A DNA stretch of 40,584 nucleotides from Candidatus Zixiibacteriota bacterium (GTDB lineage: Bacteria; Zixibacteria; MSB-5A5; WJJR01): NCBI GenBank assembly GCA_036170655.1, contig JAVHPP010000097.1:1-40584 (forward strand), written 5' to 3'. Under the pieces are notes generated by a model. The model worked only from the letters and a program-made list of their open reading frames with translations, had not been told where the DNA came from and did not search any database. The translations under genes were made by a program, and so were the position numbers. Below are positions 17,102 through 25,862 of this stretch, piece after piece. Within the stretch, counting starts at the first letter, position 1. Every line of letters starts with the position of its first letter.

Positions 17102-17845
17102 ATGAACAAAATCACCCCAGTCATAGCGGCCCTGGCATGCGGAGTCTTGCTGATGAATGGTTGCGGGGAAGAATCCATCAACCAGCCGTCACAGGGCACA
17201 CTCGGCCTGAATGTCGCCTTCGACTTGTCATCCCCGGATATGCCGCTCGTGGACATCAACAACCGGCAGAGGGAATCCCGACCGCCAGATGTCAGCGGTC
17301 CTGATTCGATAACGGTGACGGGAGGCCTGGCGATGGTCCGCTCGCTGCGATTTGTGGCCGATCCCAGTGCAGTGATCGACACGAGCATCACGGCAGCCGA
17401 CGAGCAGCGGGATCTTGGCGATGCATCGGTACGTTTCCGTGGGCCCTATATTCTGGTTGTCGATGACACACAACAGGGGCTGGCAACATCCACTGTGCCG
17501 AGCGGGAATTACAGCCAATTACGGTTTGTCTTCCAGAAAGCGCGCCCCACGGACAATCTTGGCACGCACCCGGAATTGCTTGGGTCGTCGGTACGTGTAA
17601 CCGGCATGGTCTGGCACGGCAGCCGGGGCAAGTTCTTCACGTTCACCACGGACATCACGACGGAAGTTGCGGTCAATGGCTCATACACCGTTTCCAACGG
17701 CGCGACCGGTAGTCTCTCGCTGCAATTCCATCCTGCCCGGTGGTTCTATTCCGGAGAACAGTGGTTGGATCCGACCGATCCCGCCAACCGGCTGGCGATC
17801 ATGCGCAACCTTGGACGCAACATCTCGGCACAACTCGGGGTTTAA
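17102..17845 (+). CDS. Lipoprotein, DUF4382-like
   Basis: GGAGGAG SD before ATG 17102; lipobox LMNG-C; VPSGNYSQLRF, SVRVTG and LQFHPARWF motifs resemble DUF4382-type lipoproteins. Confidence 0.6.
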   Translation: MNKITPVIAALACGVLLMNGCGEESINQPSQGTLGLNVAFDLSSPDMPLVDINNRQRESRPPDVSGPDSITVTGGLAMVRSLRFVADPSAVIDTSITAADEQRDLGDASVRFRGPYILVVDDTQQGLATSTVPSGNYSQLRFVFQKARPTDNLGTHPELLGSSVRVTGMVWHGSRGKFFTFTTDITTEVAVNGSYTVSNGATGSLSLQFHPARWFYSGEQWLDPTDPANRLAIMRNLGRNISAQLGV

Positions 17846-17869
17846 TAGATTGAACAAGACATGAACGAC

Positions 17870-17948
17870 GATGATGGGGGTGGGAGGTCGGGGGAACGTT
17901 TTGCCCCCCCCAAAACAAGTACCTTGGCCGACCCCCCCAACCCATATC
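17870..17948. terminator. Long imperfect G/C-rich hairpin between convergent genes (possible bidirectional terminator or stabiliser)
   Basis: GATGATGGGGGTGGGAGGTCGG pairs imperfectly with CCGACCCCCCCAACCCATATC; inner GTTTTG/CAAAAC. No clear U-tract. Confidence 0.4.
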
Positions 17949-18024
17949 GGGGCACTCCGCGAGAGCGGAATGCCCCGGGTTCTTTCAGGCAATCGGCGGC
18001 CTTCCATGCAGATTGCGTTGCTCT

Positions 18025-18849
18025 TTACTTCGCACCGAGAACCGATTCCAGCCAACCGGCCAGTTCCCGACGGATCCCGAGATCAAAATCGAAGAGATCG
18101 GTCCCATGCTTGTCTGTGGGATGCACGACCAATACGCGATGCGGATTCGGTTCCCCTTTGACCACGGCATAAAGCCTATCGACCGTCTTTGCCGATGAAA
18201 CATCCTCGCTACCGGCAAGCAGGTACACCGGGCGCGCTCCATATCGGCGCATCGCCGGTTCGGTCTGCAATCCACGGTAGTTGAGACCGGGAGAGAGCAG
18301 AACCAAAGCCCCGATCTCCGGATGGTCGGCGGCATACAGGAGCGCGGCCGAAGACCCGATGGAGGCTCCGACCAATCCGATTCTGGTGACATCGGCTCCG
18401 CTCAGCAATGCGTCCAGCCGGGTTCGCCCTCTCCCCTGCCCTGCGGCTGCTCGCGCGTGATTCAGTAACACGCCAACGTCACTGACCATGTTCGCGAAAT
18501 CGGCATCGGAAAACTCCTGCCATCGGTACGAGCGTCCGTTGCGTTTGGTGCTTGCGCCATGACCCCGCATGTCGATGGAGAGGACCTTAAAACCGTCCAA
18601 CGCCAAGAGCGTGTCCAGTCCATGCCAGGACGAACGATCGCGGTTCATCATCGGCAAGAGCAGGACGAGTGGAGCGCGCAGGGAATCCGTGCCTGCCTTT
18701 GTCAGGCAGGTGAACGCCAGCGGCACCGAGTCGGCGGCTGTCACCCAGCCATCGACGGTCAGAATCGGTGCCCTTGGAGTCTTATTAGCGGCCAGCGCAA
18801 CCTGTAACAGGGTGAAAAAGAGCGCTGTGGTCAACAACATTTTGAACAT
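18025..18849 (-). CDS. Secreted alpha/beta hydrolase
   Basis: AAGGAG SD before ATG 18849; signal peptide; DMRGHG, nucleophile elbow GASIG, LLSPG, candidate Asp (SED) and His (KHGTD). Confidence 0.85.
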   Translation of the reverse strand: MFKMLLTTALFFTLLQVALAANKTPRAPILTVDGWVTAADSVPLAFTCLTKAGTDSLRAPLVLLLPMMNRDRSSWHGLDTLLALDGFKVLSIDMRGHGASTKRNGRSYRWQEFSDADFANMVSDVGVLLNHARAAAGQGRGRTRLDALLSGADVTRIGLVGASIGSSAALLYAADHPEIGALVLLSPGLNYRGLQTEPAMRRYGARPVYLLAGSEDVSSAKTVDRLYAVVKGEPNPHRVLVVHPTDKHGTDLFDFDLGIRRELAGWLESVLGAK

Positions 18850-19119
18850 TCTGTAATCTCCTTGAGCCGAAATTTCCGTTTTCTGCCAACAGACAAGATA
18901 GACGGCATAGTCCGGCCGGTCAATTCCATGCACGAGGACAGGATACGGTCATGCCGAGTTCTAACCCTCCCGCGTGACAAAGTTCTCAAGCTTTTACGAA
19001 GCGGAGAGAAATTGCGGTTGTTCAGCGGGGCGGCGCCTGTTAGCCTTTGTTGCGCGCCCGGGTGCGGACATTCACCGGCGCTGACGGGTCGTAGAAGATT
19101 AGAGGAACGAGTGACATTC

Positions 19120-20160
19120 ATGGACCTGCGTGAGACAACCATTGCGATGCTTCCCAAGCCGGCGATCCGGCTGTTTTCGGGTCCGTACGTTGCGGGCGAT
19201 TCCATGCAGGCAGCACTCGACAAAGCAGAACAACTGGCCAAACAGCGTATCGCATCGACAATCGACATCTTGGGTGAGGACGCGGCATCGCTCGCAGACA
19301 TCTCCCAATATGTGCGCATCTATGAGACGCTGATCGCGCGCATCAGCGGCGATCCCGCTCTCCGAGGGATACCGGAGAGACTGCGCCCATCAATCAGTCT
19401 GAAACCATCATCCTTTGTCATCGCTCCCAAGGACGAGGCCGGCGTGGTGCGGGAGCCGGAGCGCGTGGACTGGAGCGGTTGCGCCGCGACCATCGACCGG
19501 ATCGCCCAGCTCGCGAGCGCCAGGCAGATTCGCCTGACAGTCGACATGGAGAACCACCAGTGGACCGACTTCACGCTGACACTCTATGCGGACTTGTTCA
19601 GAAAATATGGACAATGTGTGGGGACTGTCGTGCAGTCGCGTTTGTTTCGAACTGAGGATGACGTCGAGAAACTTCCGAATGGATCCCGGATTCGGCTCTG
19701 CATCGGAATCTATAACGAACCGCCGGAAATTGCGCTGCAAAGCAATCCGGAGATGAAAGCGCGGATGGTCCCTTTGGCACGGCGTCTGCTTGAGAAGAAC
19801 GTCTTCCTCGAATTTGCCACGCATGACATCCCCTTGATGCACCAGTTTATGGATGAGATCATCGTGCAGGGACACATCAGTCCCGACCGTTTTGAGACTC
19901 AGACACTTCTGGGCGTCCCACGTCAGCATCTGATCGATCAACTCGTGACCGGTGCGTATTTTGCCCGCACGCCCGGCGGGAACGGGACAACGGCGGCGTT
20001 GCATCAGGGAACCGTGCACCGGCTCTATGTCCCGTTCGCGGAGAACTGGGACAAGGCAATCGCGTACTGCCGACGGCGGTTGAAGCACAGCCCCAATCTG
20101 TTCTGGACGGGGTTCGCCAACGCGCCCAGTGTGCTGTATCATTCGTTATTCCACAAATAA
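19120..20160 (+). CDS. Monofunctional proline dehydrogenase
   Basis: YVAG, DILGE, SISLKPS, VDMEN, GTVVQSRLFRT, FATHD, YVPF...Y.RRRL motifs. Start 19120 (or GTG 19111) preferred over 18862. Confidence 0.85.
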   Translation: MDLRETTIAMLPKPAIRLFSGPYVAGDSMQAALDKAEQLAKQRIASTIDILGEDAASLADISQYVRIYETLIARISGDPALRGIPERLRPSISLKPSSFVIAPKDEAGVVREPERVDWSGCAATIDRIAQLASARQIRLTVDMENHQWTDFTLTLYADLFRKYGQCVGTVVQSRLFRTEDDVEKLPNGSRIRLCIGIYNEPPEIALQSNPEMKARMVPLARRLLEKNVFLEFATHDIPLMHQFMDEIIVQGHISPDRFETQTLLGVPRQHLIDQLVTGAYFARTPGGNGTTAALHQGTVHRLYVPFAENWDKAIAYCRRRLKHSPNLFWTGFANAPSVLYHSLFHK

Positions 20161-20202
20161 TAGCACAAGCCAGCCGAACACACAGGTATCCCCGCCACCA
20201 GA

Positions 20203-20226
20203 GGGCGCACGGCCGTGCGTCCCTCC
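20203..20226. repeat. REP-like palindrome
   Basis: GGGCGCAC-GGCC-GTGCGTCC-CTCC; related to copies at 21894, 27577 and 27679. Confidence 0.6.
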
Positions 20227-20261
20227 TCGAGCGGGTCTGTTTCGCGGTCGGTGCCCGCGAA

Positions 20262-21227
20262 TTAGTGGCGTTGATCGTGGGTCTTCTTGCGGGTCAGCGC
20301 GCTGTCCTCGGAAGCGGGCCGCAGGAACGACAGGCCGATTGAGCCACCCAATAGCAGCGCTACAACGCCAAGCGATACACCGATGGGAATTTCGATGTAC
20401 CAGGAGAGGAGCATTTTGACACCGATGAACAGGAGCACCGCTCCCAAGCCGTACTTGAGGAAACGGAACTTCACCATGATTCCCGCCAGCAGGAAGAACA
20501 GCGCCCGCAGCCCCAAGATGGCAAAGATATTGGAGGTCGCCACAATGAACGGATCGCGGGTGACGCCGAAAACGGCGGGAATCGAATCGAGCGCAAACAC
20601 GACATCCGTGGTCTCGATCATGATCAGCACGGCCAAAAGCGGCGTGGCGGCAATTCCGTCGGCGTGCCGCACGAAGAACTTCGAACCGTGGTAGTCTTTC
20701 GTAATGGGTATCATCCGGCGCAGCCATCGCAAGATGGGGTTTTGTTCGGGATGAACACCGATCTCTTTCTGGATGGCGATCTTGATTCCCGTGAAGACCA
20801 GAAAGGCACCAAAAACATAGAGTATCCAATGGAACCTTGAAATCAGCGCCGTGCCGGTGAGAATAAACAGGCCGCGCAGAACGATGGCGCCGAGAATGCC
20901 GTAAAAGAGCACCCGGTGCTGGTACTTCGGTTCAACTTGGAAATAACGAAGAATGACGATGAACACGAAGACATTATCAAAGGACAGAGCCTCTTCAACC
21001 AGATATCCGGTCGTGAATTCCAGAGCGCTCTTCGGACCGAGCTCAATGAGAACATAAACATTGAAGAGAGCCGCCAAACCCACCCAGAAAACCACCGACC
21101 AAAGAGCTTCGCGAACGCCAATCGCGTGAGGGCGACGGTGGAACCAATACAAATCGACAGCGAGAAGCACGAGGACGAAAATCAGAAATCCGATCCAGAA
21201 TCCTGCACCTTCCGCGCTACCGAACAT
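20262..21227 (-). CDS. TerC/Alx family membrane protein
   Basis: GYLVEEALSFDNVFVF, QHRVLFYGILGA, ETTDVVFALDSIPA, SNIFAILGLRAL. ATG 21227 with GAGG SD. Confidence 0.93.
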   Translation of the reverse strand: MFGSAEGAGFWIGFLIFVLVLLAVDLYWFHRRPHAIGVREALWSVVFWVGLAALFNVYVLIELGPKSALEFTTGYLVEEALSFDNVFVFIVILRYFQVEPKYQHRVLFYGILGAIVLRGLFILTGTALISRFHWILYVFGAFLVFTGIKIAIQKEIGVHPEQNPILRWLRRMIPITKDYHGSKFFVRHADGIAATPLLAVLIMIETTDVVFALDSIPAVFGVTRDPFIVATSNIFAILGLRALFFLLAGIMVKFRFLKYGLGAVLLFIGVKMLLSWYIEIPIGVSLGVVALLLGGSIGLSFLRPASEDSALTRKKTHDQRH

Positions 21228-21324
21228 CGTTACCTCTCTGCATCTCCCCCGCCATCTATCAGGCAGGAACGATTGCTGCACAATAACAACACCAACGCCC
21301 ACAGACAATCAAAAGCGGGCAAAT

Positions 21325-21360
21325 GAAGTGGACGGAATGGACAGAGTGGACAAAGTGGAC
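21325..21360 (+). repeat. 9-bp tandem repeat x4 ending in TGGAC
   Basis: GAAGTGGAC GGAATGGAC AGAGTGGAC AAAGTGGAC. Confidence 0.75.
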
Positions 21361-21389
21361 CGGTTAAACTGGAGGGGTCCATGAATTGG

Positions 21390-21845
21390 TCAAGGGGGAC
21401 CGAGTATGGATGCCAGTCGCCCAGCGACCGCTTCCAAGAATTGCTGGTCGGTTTCGTCGAAGGCATTGGGTTGGTCGGAGTCGATGTCGATTTCTCCGAG
21501 GCAGGTCTTGCCGTCCATGATCGGCACAACGATCTCGGAGCGGGTTTCCAGGGAGCAGGCGAGGAAGCGCGGGTCGGCGTTCACGTCGGGAACGATTACG
21601 GTCTGCTTCTGCGATGCGGCGGCGCCGCAAATGCCCCGATTGAGCGGAATGCGTGTGTGAGGCGACGGTTTGCCCCGGAAGGGACCAAGCACGAGTTCGT
21701 TTCCGTCCATCAAGTACACGCCCACCCATGTATAGCGCGGGACCCGTTCATGGAGCAATGCGACCACGTGGTCGAGGCAATCGCGCGCGCCGCCATTCTG
21801 AGCGAGGACATAGTCAATCTGCTCCAAGTGATCGGCGGTGTTCAT
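21390..21845 (-). CDS. msrC: GAF-domain free methionine-(R)-sulfoxide reductase (fRMsr)
   Basis: WVGVYL, LGPFRG, RIPLNRGICGAAA, DV..DPRFLAC, RSEIVVPI, GEIDIDS. Confidence 0.8.
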   Translation of the reverse strand: MNTADHLEQIDYVLAQNGGARDCLDHVVALLHERVPRYTWVGVYLMDGNELVLGPFRGKPSPHTRIPLNRGICGAAASQKQTVIVPDVNADPRFLACSLETRSEIVVPIMDGKTCLGEIDIDSDQPNAFDETDQQFLEAVAGRLASILGPP

Positions 21846-21893
21846 GGGATTTCCGTCCGGTTAGGCATTGTGACTTCAAGATTCCGCGAGAAA

Positions 21894-21917
21894 GGGCGCA
21901 CGGATGTGCGCCCCTAT
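21894..21917. repeat. REP-like palindrome
   Basis: GGGCGCAC-GGAT-GTGCGCCC-CTAT. Confidence 0.65.
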
Positions 21918-21963
21918 ACGGCGCAATGATTATCAGCGAATGCCAAACTCTGGCACAAGACGA

Positions 21964-22962
21964 TCATAATGTCACCGCATCACGAACGGCCTGGATGTTT
22001 TCCATCGGCACGGTTACGGGGATGGCGCATCCCGGGCCTATCGCCAAGGGGATGCCGCGATGAGTGTCGATGAGACGACGCACTTTGTCGCGCAGGATTT
22101 CCGGCGTGTCAGCAATGAGATCGGTCTCGTGGGCGATCCCGCCCATCACCGGACGGTGCAAAAGCTCGTAGGCGTCGCCCAAGGTCATGTTACTGGGATC
22201 GGATGCGTCCCAATTGGTCAGCGCTGCCTTGAATTCTGCATATTCCTTCAGGTAGTTGTTCGATCCGCAGACATGGAGAACATTGAAGGCATCCTCTCCG
22301 GCAGCCGCCCAGACGGGCCGGTCGAATGGAACCCCGTAGCGCCGGACTTCCTCGACCGTCATGAGATCGGCCGACGCCCACTGGGTCGTGGCGAAGAAGA
22401 TCCCATCGGCGCCGGCATTGCGGAACTCATAGACTAAATGGACCAATGTGGACTGGATCGCAAGGAGGGCACGCTCAACGATCTGCGGTGATTCGCGTAG
22501 ATGCTCCAAGAGCACTTTGTCCGAGGTGACCATGTCGCCGGCGACGGAAATCGGGTTGAACACGGTCATAACGATCTTGAACGGCCGGGGAAGCGACTTG
22601 CGGATCCTGGCGATGGCGCGAAGCTGTGCGTCGAACTCCGGGTGAGTGACCGACAGGACGGCAACCTTCCCCCAATCGGATAACTTTACGATGGCCGGTT
22701 TCCGACGGATCGGCTTGGCGATGCCGTCAGGACTGCGGGTCATCTGCACGCCCCAAGGCTCATAGTGGTAGGAAGCTTTGGGGTTGATCTTGAGGATATC
22801 CCAGTCGTAACGTCGTTGCCACGCCACCATCGCTTCGGCAAAACGCGCCGGGTCGTTCTCCTCTTGGTAGAAGTGCCGCCACATCGAGACAGGAGGACGA
22901 TCGGGCTTGACCCCCTCGATCAGGGCCTGCAGCCGATCTGTATGGTCGAGGCGTTCGGGCAT
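21964..22962 (-). CDS. Uroporphyrinogen decarboxylase (URO-D/MtaA) family protein
   Basis: DRPPVSMWRHF, TVFNP, AGADGIFFA, LHVCG, VMGGI, IGPGCAIP...ENIQAV. ATG 22962 or TTG 22974. Confidence 0.8.
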   Translation of the reverse strand: MPERLDHTDRLQALIEGVKPDRPPVSMWRHFYQEENDPARFAEAMVAWQRRYDWDILKINPKASYHYEPWGVQMTRSPDGIAKPIRRKPAIVKLSDWGKVAVLSVTHPEFDAQLRAIARIRKSLPRPFKIVMTVFNPISVAGDMVTSDKVLLEHLRESPQIVERALLAIQSTLVHLVYEFRNAGADGIFFATTQWASADLMTVEEVRRYGVPFDRPVWAAAGEDAFNVLHVCGSNNYLKEYAEFKAALTNWDASDPSNMTLGDAYELLHRPVMGGIAHETDLIADTPEILRDKVRRLIDTHRGIPLAIGPGCAIPVTVPMENIQAVRDAVTL

Positions 22963-23079
22963 GGGCTCTTGCAATCCGCGACTTGCGGATGTTGATGATA
23001 CGCTTTGTCCGGGGTTTCTGTAAGTCGGCTCTTACCAGCACTCCGGTTGACCAGCATCCACTTTCGGTACTTCCAATCA

Positions 23080-23249
23080 TCAGTTTTTGTCTTCCTTGTG
23101 AAAGCCGATCCGCCGTCGTTTGGGATCTGGCGAAGACATTCATTGGCGAATGGCGGTTATCAGCGACTGGATCGATTCATCTTCTCTGCAGAGGGCTTTG
23201 TTGTGCGGAGCTGAATCATGTTTGACATCACAATTTGTGATTTCAAAGA
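23080..23249 (-). pseudogene. Remnant of an ORF6N-domain DNA-binding protein gene
   Basis: Minus strand reads SLKSQIVMSN, then in another frame EDESIQSLITAIRQ*MSSPDPKRRRIGFHKEDKN*. These resemble the LxSQxVxS and AIRQLM...RRIGF motifs of ORF6N proteins, with deletion, frameshift and internal stop. Confidence 0.55.
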
Positions 23250-23320
23250 AGGAAAATGCAATCGCTTCTCGCAATAATTCAGGAAGTTGCGAGCTCGATG
23301 ATTACCGTTTGCGGAGTGAA

Positions 23321-23341
23321 CAAGGGGCTGAAAGCCCCTTG
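23321..23341. terminator. Perfect 9-bp hairpin (terminator or REP-like element) downstream of the DUF169 gene
   Basis: CAAGGGGCT-GAA-AGCCCCTTG. Confidence 0.45.
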
Positions 23342-23406
23342 CCCGAATCTCATGGACGCTCGAATCAATTACGGTGTCCGCGCACGCGAGCAGATTGTAA
23401 AGCGCT

Positions 23407-24195
23407 TCATTTCGTTTCGTCCTCAGGCTTCTGCCAGAAGTCAGCGAGACGGCGGTAATTCTCGGGGAATTCACCGGTGAAACGGAGAAACGTCGGGATC
23501 GGGTAGCGGATACCGCCTTTGTGGGTACCTTCCAAGCCATCAATCAATTGTTGCATCATTGATCGGGGCAGAGAGAAGGCCATCTCGTCGTCGGACGTGC
23601 CGCCGAATATGCGGTCGCCGTAACACGGGAGCACATACTGGCACTCGCCGGATTTCATGGCGCCGATGACCAGATCGGCGCAATCGACCCGTCCGGCGGT
23701 CTGCGCACTCATCACCCCACCGCCGTTATAAAGCGCGCCGGTGACCAAGCGCATGACCTGCGCGGGGTTGGCGTAGACAATCACCACGTCCCAGTCGTAT
23801 GCGACACGTGCCAGCGGCCCGGCGACGAAATACTGGTACTGGCCATACTCGAAGCGTGGGATCGATGCTTCGGTCTTCGCGCCCGCTTCCGGTGTGGCCG
23901 TGTACATGCCGGCGCAGGCATGGCCTTCGGTCAGGTATGGCACACGTGGTTCAAATCCGAAAAACGCTTTCGTAATTGGGCAGGAGATGTCTTCATTGCC
24001 GACCGCCAGTGTCCACCCGTAGCGTCGCGCAAAGCCGATCGCTTGGCAGATGGCAGTCTCGAACCCCAAGTCGGCTTTGGGACGCTTGCACTTTGTGGGC
24101 AGGGGTTCGCCCGGTTTGATCATTTTGACCGCCACGGGGAAAGTGGCGGGGCGGATGTGCTTTTCTATCGTGGCGGCGAATTCGGTGTTGGTCAT
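23407..24195 (-). CDS. DUF169 family protein
   Basis: FPVAVK, CQAIGFARRYG, DISC, PAQVMRL, DCAD, PCYGDR, DDEMAF motifs; GGAG SD before ATG 24195. Confidence 0.8.
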   Translation of the reverse strand: MTNTEFAATIEKHIRPATFPVAVKMIKPGEPLPTKCKRPKADLGFETAICQAIGFARRYGWTLAVGNEDISCPITKAFFGFEPRVPYLTEGHACAGMYTATPEAGAKTEASIPRFEYGQYQYFVAGPLARVAYDWDVVIVYANPAQVMRLVTGALYNGGGVMSAQTAGRVDCADLVIGAMKSGECQYVLPCYGDRIFGGTSDDEMAFSLPRSMMQQLIDGLEGTHKGGIRYPIPTFLRFTGEFPENYRRLADFWQKPEDETK

Positions 24196-24361
24196 GGTCC
24201 AATTCACTCCATGAAGGCTTGGGTTCAACAGGCGTAAACGATCCCAATCGCGGCTTCATTTGCCGCGTTTTCTTATCCCGGTTGTCGAGGACGATGACAG
24301 GCTCCGGACCATCGAGTGATCTTGTGATTGCACCGGGCAGTTATCAAGGCTTAGCAGAGCA

Positions 24362-25297
24362 TCAAAACACACTGAACTTGAGGTACTTCCTCGGGTTCGC
24401 CCGGAGATCGTCGAGGAGGGCGCGGGTGTCGGTGACCAGCGTACGGATTTCGACGTACATCGTGGAATCGGCGGTGAGCTTACCCAGAGTACCTTGGTCG
24501 GAGTCGAGGCGCGCGGCGAGGGAATTGATACGGCGGGTCATGCTGGTCATTTCGACGTAGAGCGTCGAGTCCCAAACGAGCTTGGACAGAGTGCCGCCAC
24601 CATGAAGAATACCGTGGGAGACAGAATCGAACGACGCTTCGACGTTGCCGACCGAACGGGTCAGACGCACCTGCGCATCGTTGAGTCCGACCATCAACCG
24701 CTTTGAGACGGTCACAAGGGAATCCAGTTCATCGGATGATCTTCCCGCGCTTGTTATCCGTCCGAGGAACCCCTCTCCACCCTCGATCCGGGCGAGGATT
24801 TTATTCAGATGCTTGGTGGTCGTAGTGAGATTGTCCATCAGGTCGGGAACGTTGGAGAAAGCCGCGGTCATATCAGCGGCGGCGCGGGTCCGCAAAATGT
24901 CACCCTCCCCGGCGGGCGGCTGTCCAGCTTGACGCACCGTCAGGGTAATGTACTTGTCGCCCATCAGGCCCATGGTGGCGACCGCCGCTTCGGACTGGCT
25001 TGACACAAGTTGCCAGGCATCGTCCTGGATTGACAGGTTTATCCATACCTTCCCCACGCCATTCCGCTCAACGAACTCGATTTTGGAAACATGGCCGACC
25101 TCGATTCCGCCCAGCCAGACCGGCGATCCGGTGGCCAGTCCGCTGACATCATCGAAGAATGCCGTGAGGTTATGTCCCTTCTTGAAGAAGGTCATGCTGG
25201 AGCCGTTGAAGGCGGCCCACATCAGCACGGAGAAGGCGAAGATGACAACCATGCCGACGCGGACTTCGCCCCATGCCACACGGCCGCTACGTCTCAT
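24362..25297 (-). CDS. mlaD: MlaD/MCE family protein
   Basis: N-terminal TM helix, FDDVSGLATGSPVWLGGIEVGHV, MGLMGDKYI, helical tail with GTLGKL repeats, NPRKYL. Confidence 0.9.
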   Translation of the reverse strand: MRRSGRVAWGEVRVGMVVIFAFSVLMWAAFNGSSMTFFKKGHNLTAFFDDVSGLATGSPVWLGGIEVGHVSKIEFVERNGVGKVWINLSIQDDAWQLVSSQSEAAVATMGLMGDKYITLTVRQAGQPPAGEGDILRTRAAADMTAAFSNVPDLMDNLTTTTKHLNKILARIEGGEGFLGRITSAGRSSDELDSLVTVSKRLMVGLNDAQVRLTRSVGNVEASFDSVSHGILHGGGTLSKLVWDSTLYVEMTSMTRRINSLAARLDSDQGTLGKLTADSTMYVEIRTLVTDTRALLDDLRANPRKYLKFSVF

Positions 25298-25321
25298 CGG
25301 TCCACTCCGTTATGCATGGGG

Positions 25322-25645
25322 TCAACCGACGGCCTTCCGGCCACATGAGCCGGGATTGCAGCCATGGCTGCAGTTGTTGCCCCGCACGTCCCACGCCTCG
25401 TCATGCGCTGTAAGCCACGCAACCGATTCGTCGTGCAGATCGGCCAGAGCCGGCAGTTCGCAGATCATCTTGTGCATGTCGATTTCCAACTGACGGTCAT
25501 CGGGCATGGGAACCATGTCCATGGCCTTCTCCCACTTGCGGTAGAAAGTCTTGATCTGGCCGAGATCCCGAGTCCGCAGGACGACGGCAATCTCCCGCAC
25601 GTACTGTATGGCCAGAGTATCGATAGCGCTGCAACATGCTCCCAT
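25322..25645 (-). CDS. Small Cys-rich hypothetical protein
   Basis: GGAG SD; 107 aa; N-terminal CC and C-terminal CSHGCNPGSC; co-oriented between mlaF and mlaD. Confidence 0.6.
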   Translation of the reverse strand: MGACCSAIDTLAIQYVREIAVVLRTRDLGQIKTFYRKWEKAMDMVPMPDDRQLEIDMHKMICELPALADLHDESVAWLTAHDEAWDVRGNNCSHGCNPGSCGRKAVG

Positions 25646-25862
25646 TGATCTGTCTCCGTTCGGTCGCTCAGGTGCGCCCCATATCTTTCAGCAGATCGCG
25701 GGACCTGCTTCGTTCCACCGGGCGTGACTTTGCAATGTAACTCAGGTGACCATTGTTTTCAATACCGGATCTGGGACTCCACCGTGAGGAACAGTAACAA
25801 GAAATGCGCCACGCCTGCCACAGAATCGGGCAGGCAGAGGTGAGATAGCGCTCCGGCCATCG

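Noticed and set aside
18862..19110. Long N-terminal extension of proline dehydrogenase
   Set aside because: Covers the divergent promoter region and looks non-coding; family similarity starts near 19120.
21228..21330. yybP-ykoY (Mn2+) riboswitch expected upstream of the TerC/Alx gene
   Set aside because: I could not find the conserved core motifs on the minus strand; an Infernal search would settle it.
21325..21360. Short repeats as a CRISPR array
   Set aside because: Units are 9 bp with no spacers, and there are no cas genes in the window.
23160..23543. 127-aa ORF as an intact gene
   Set aside because: Overlaps the DUF169 gene end and only a short part matches the ORF6N remnant; treated as pseudogene debris.
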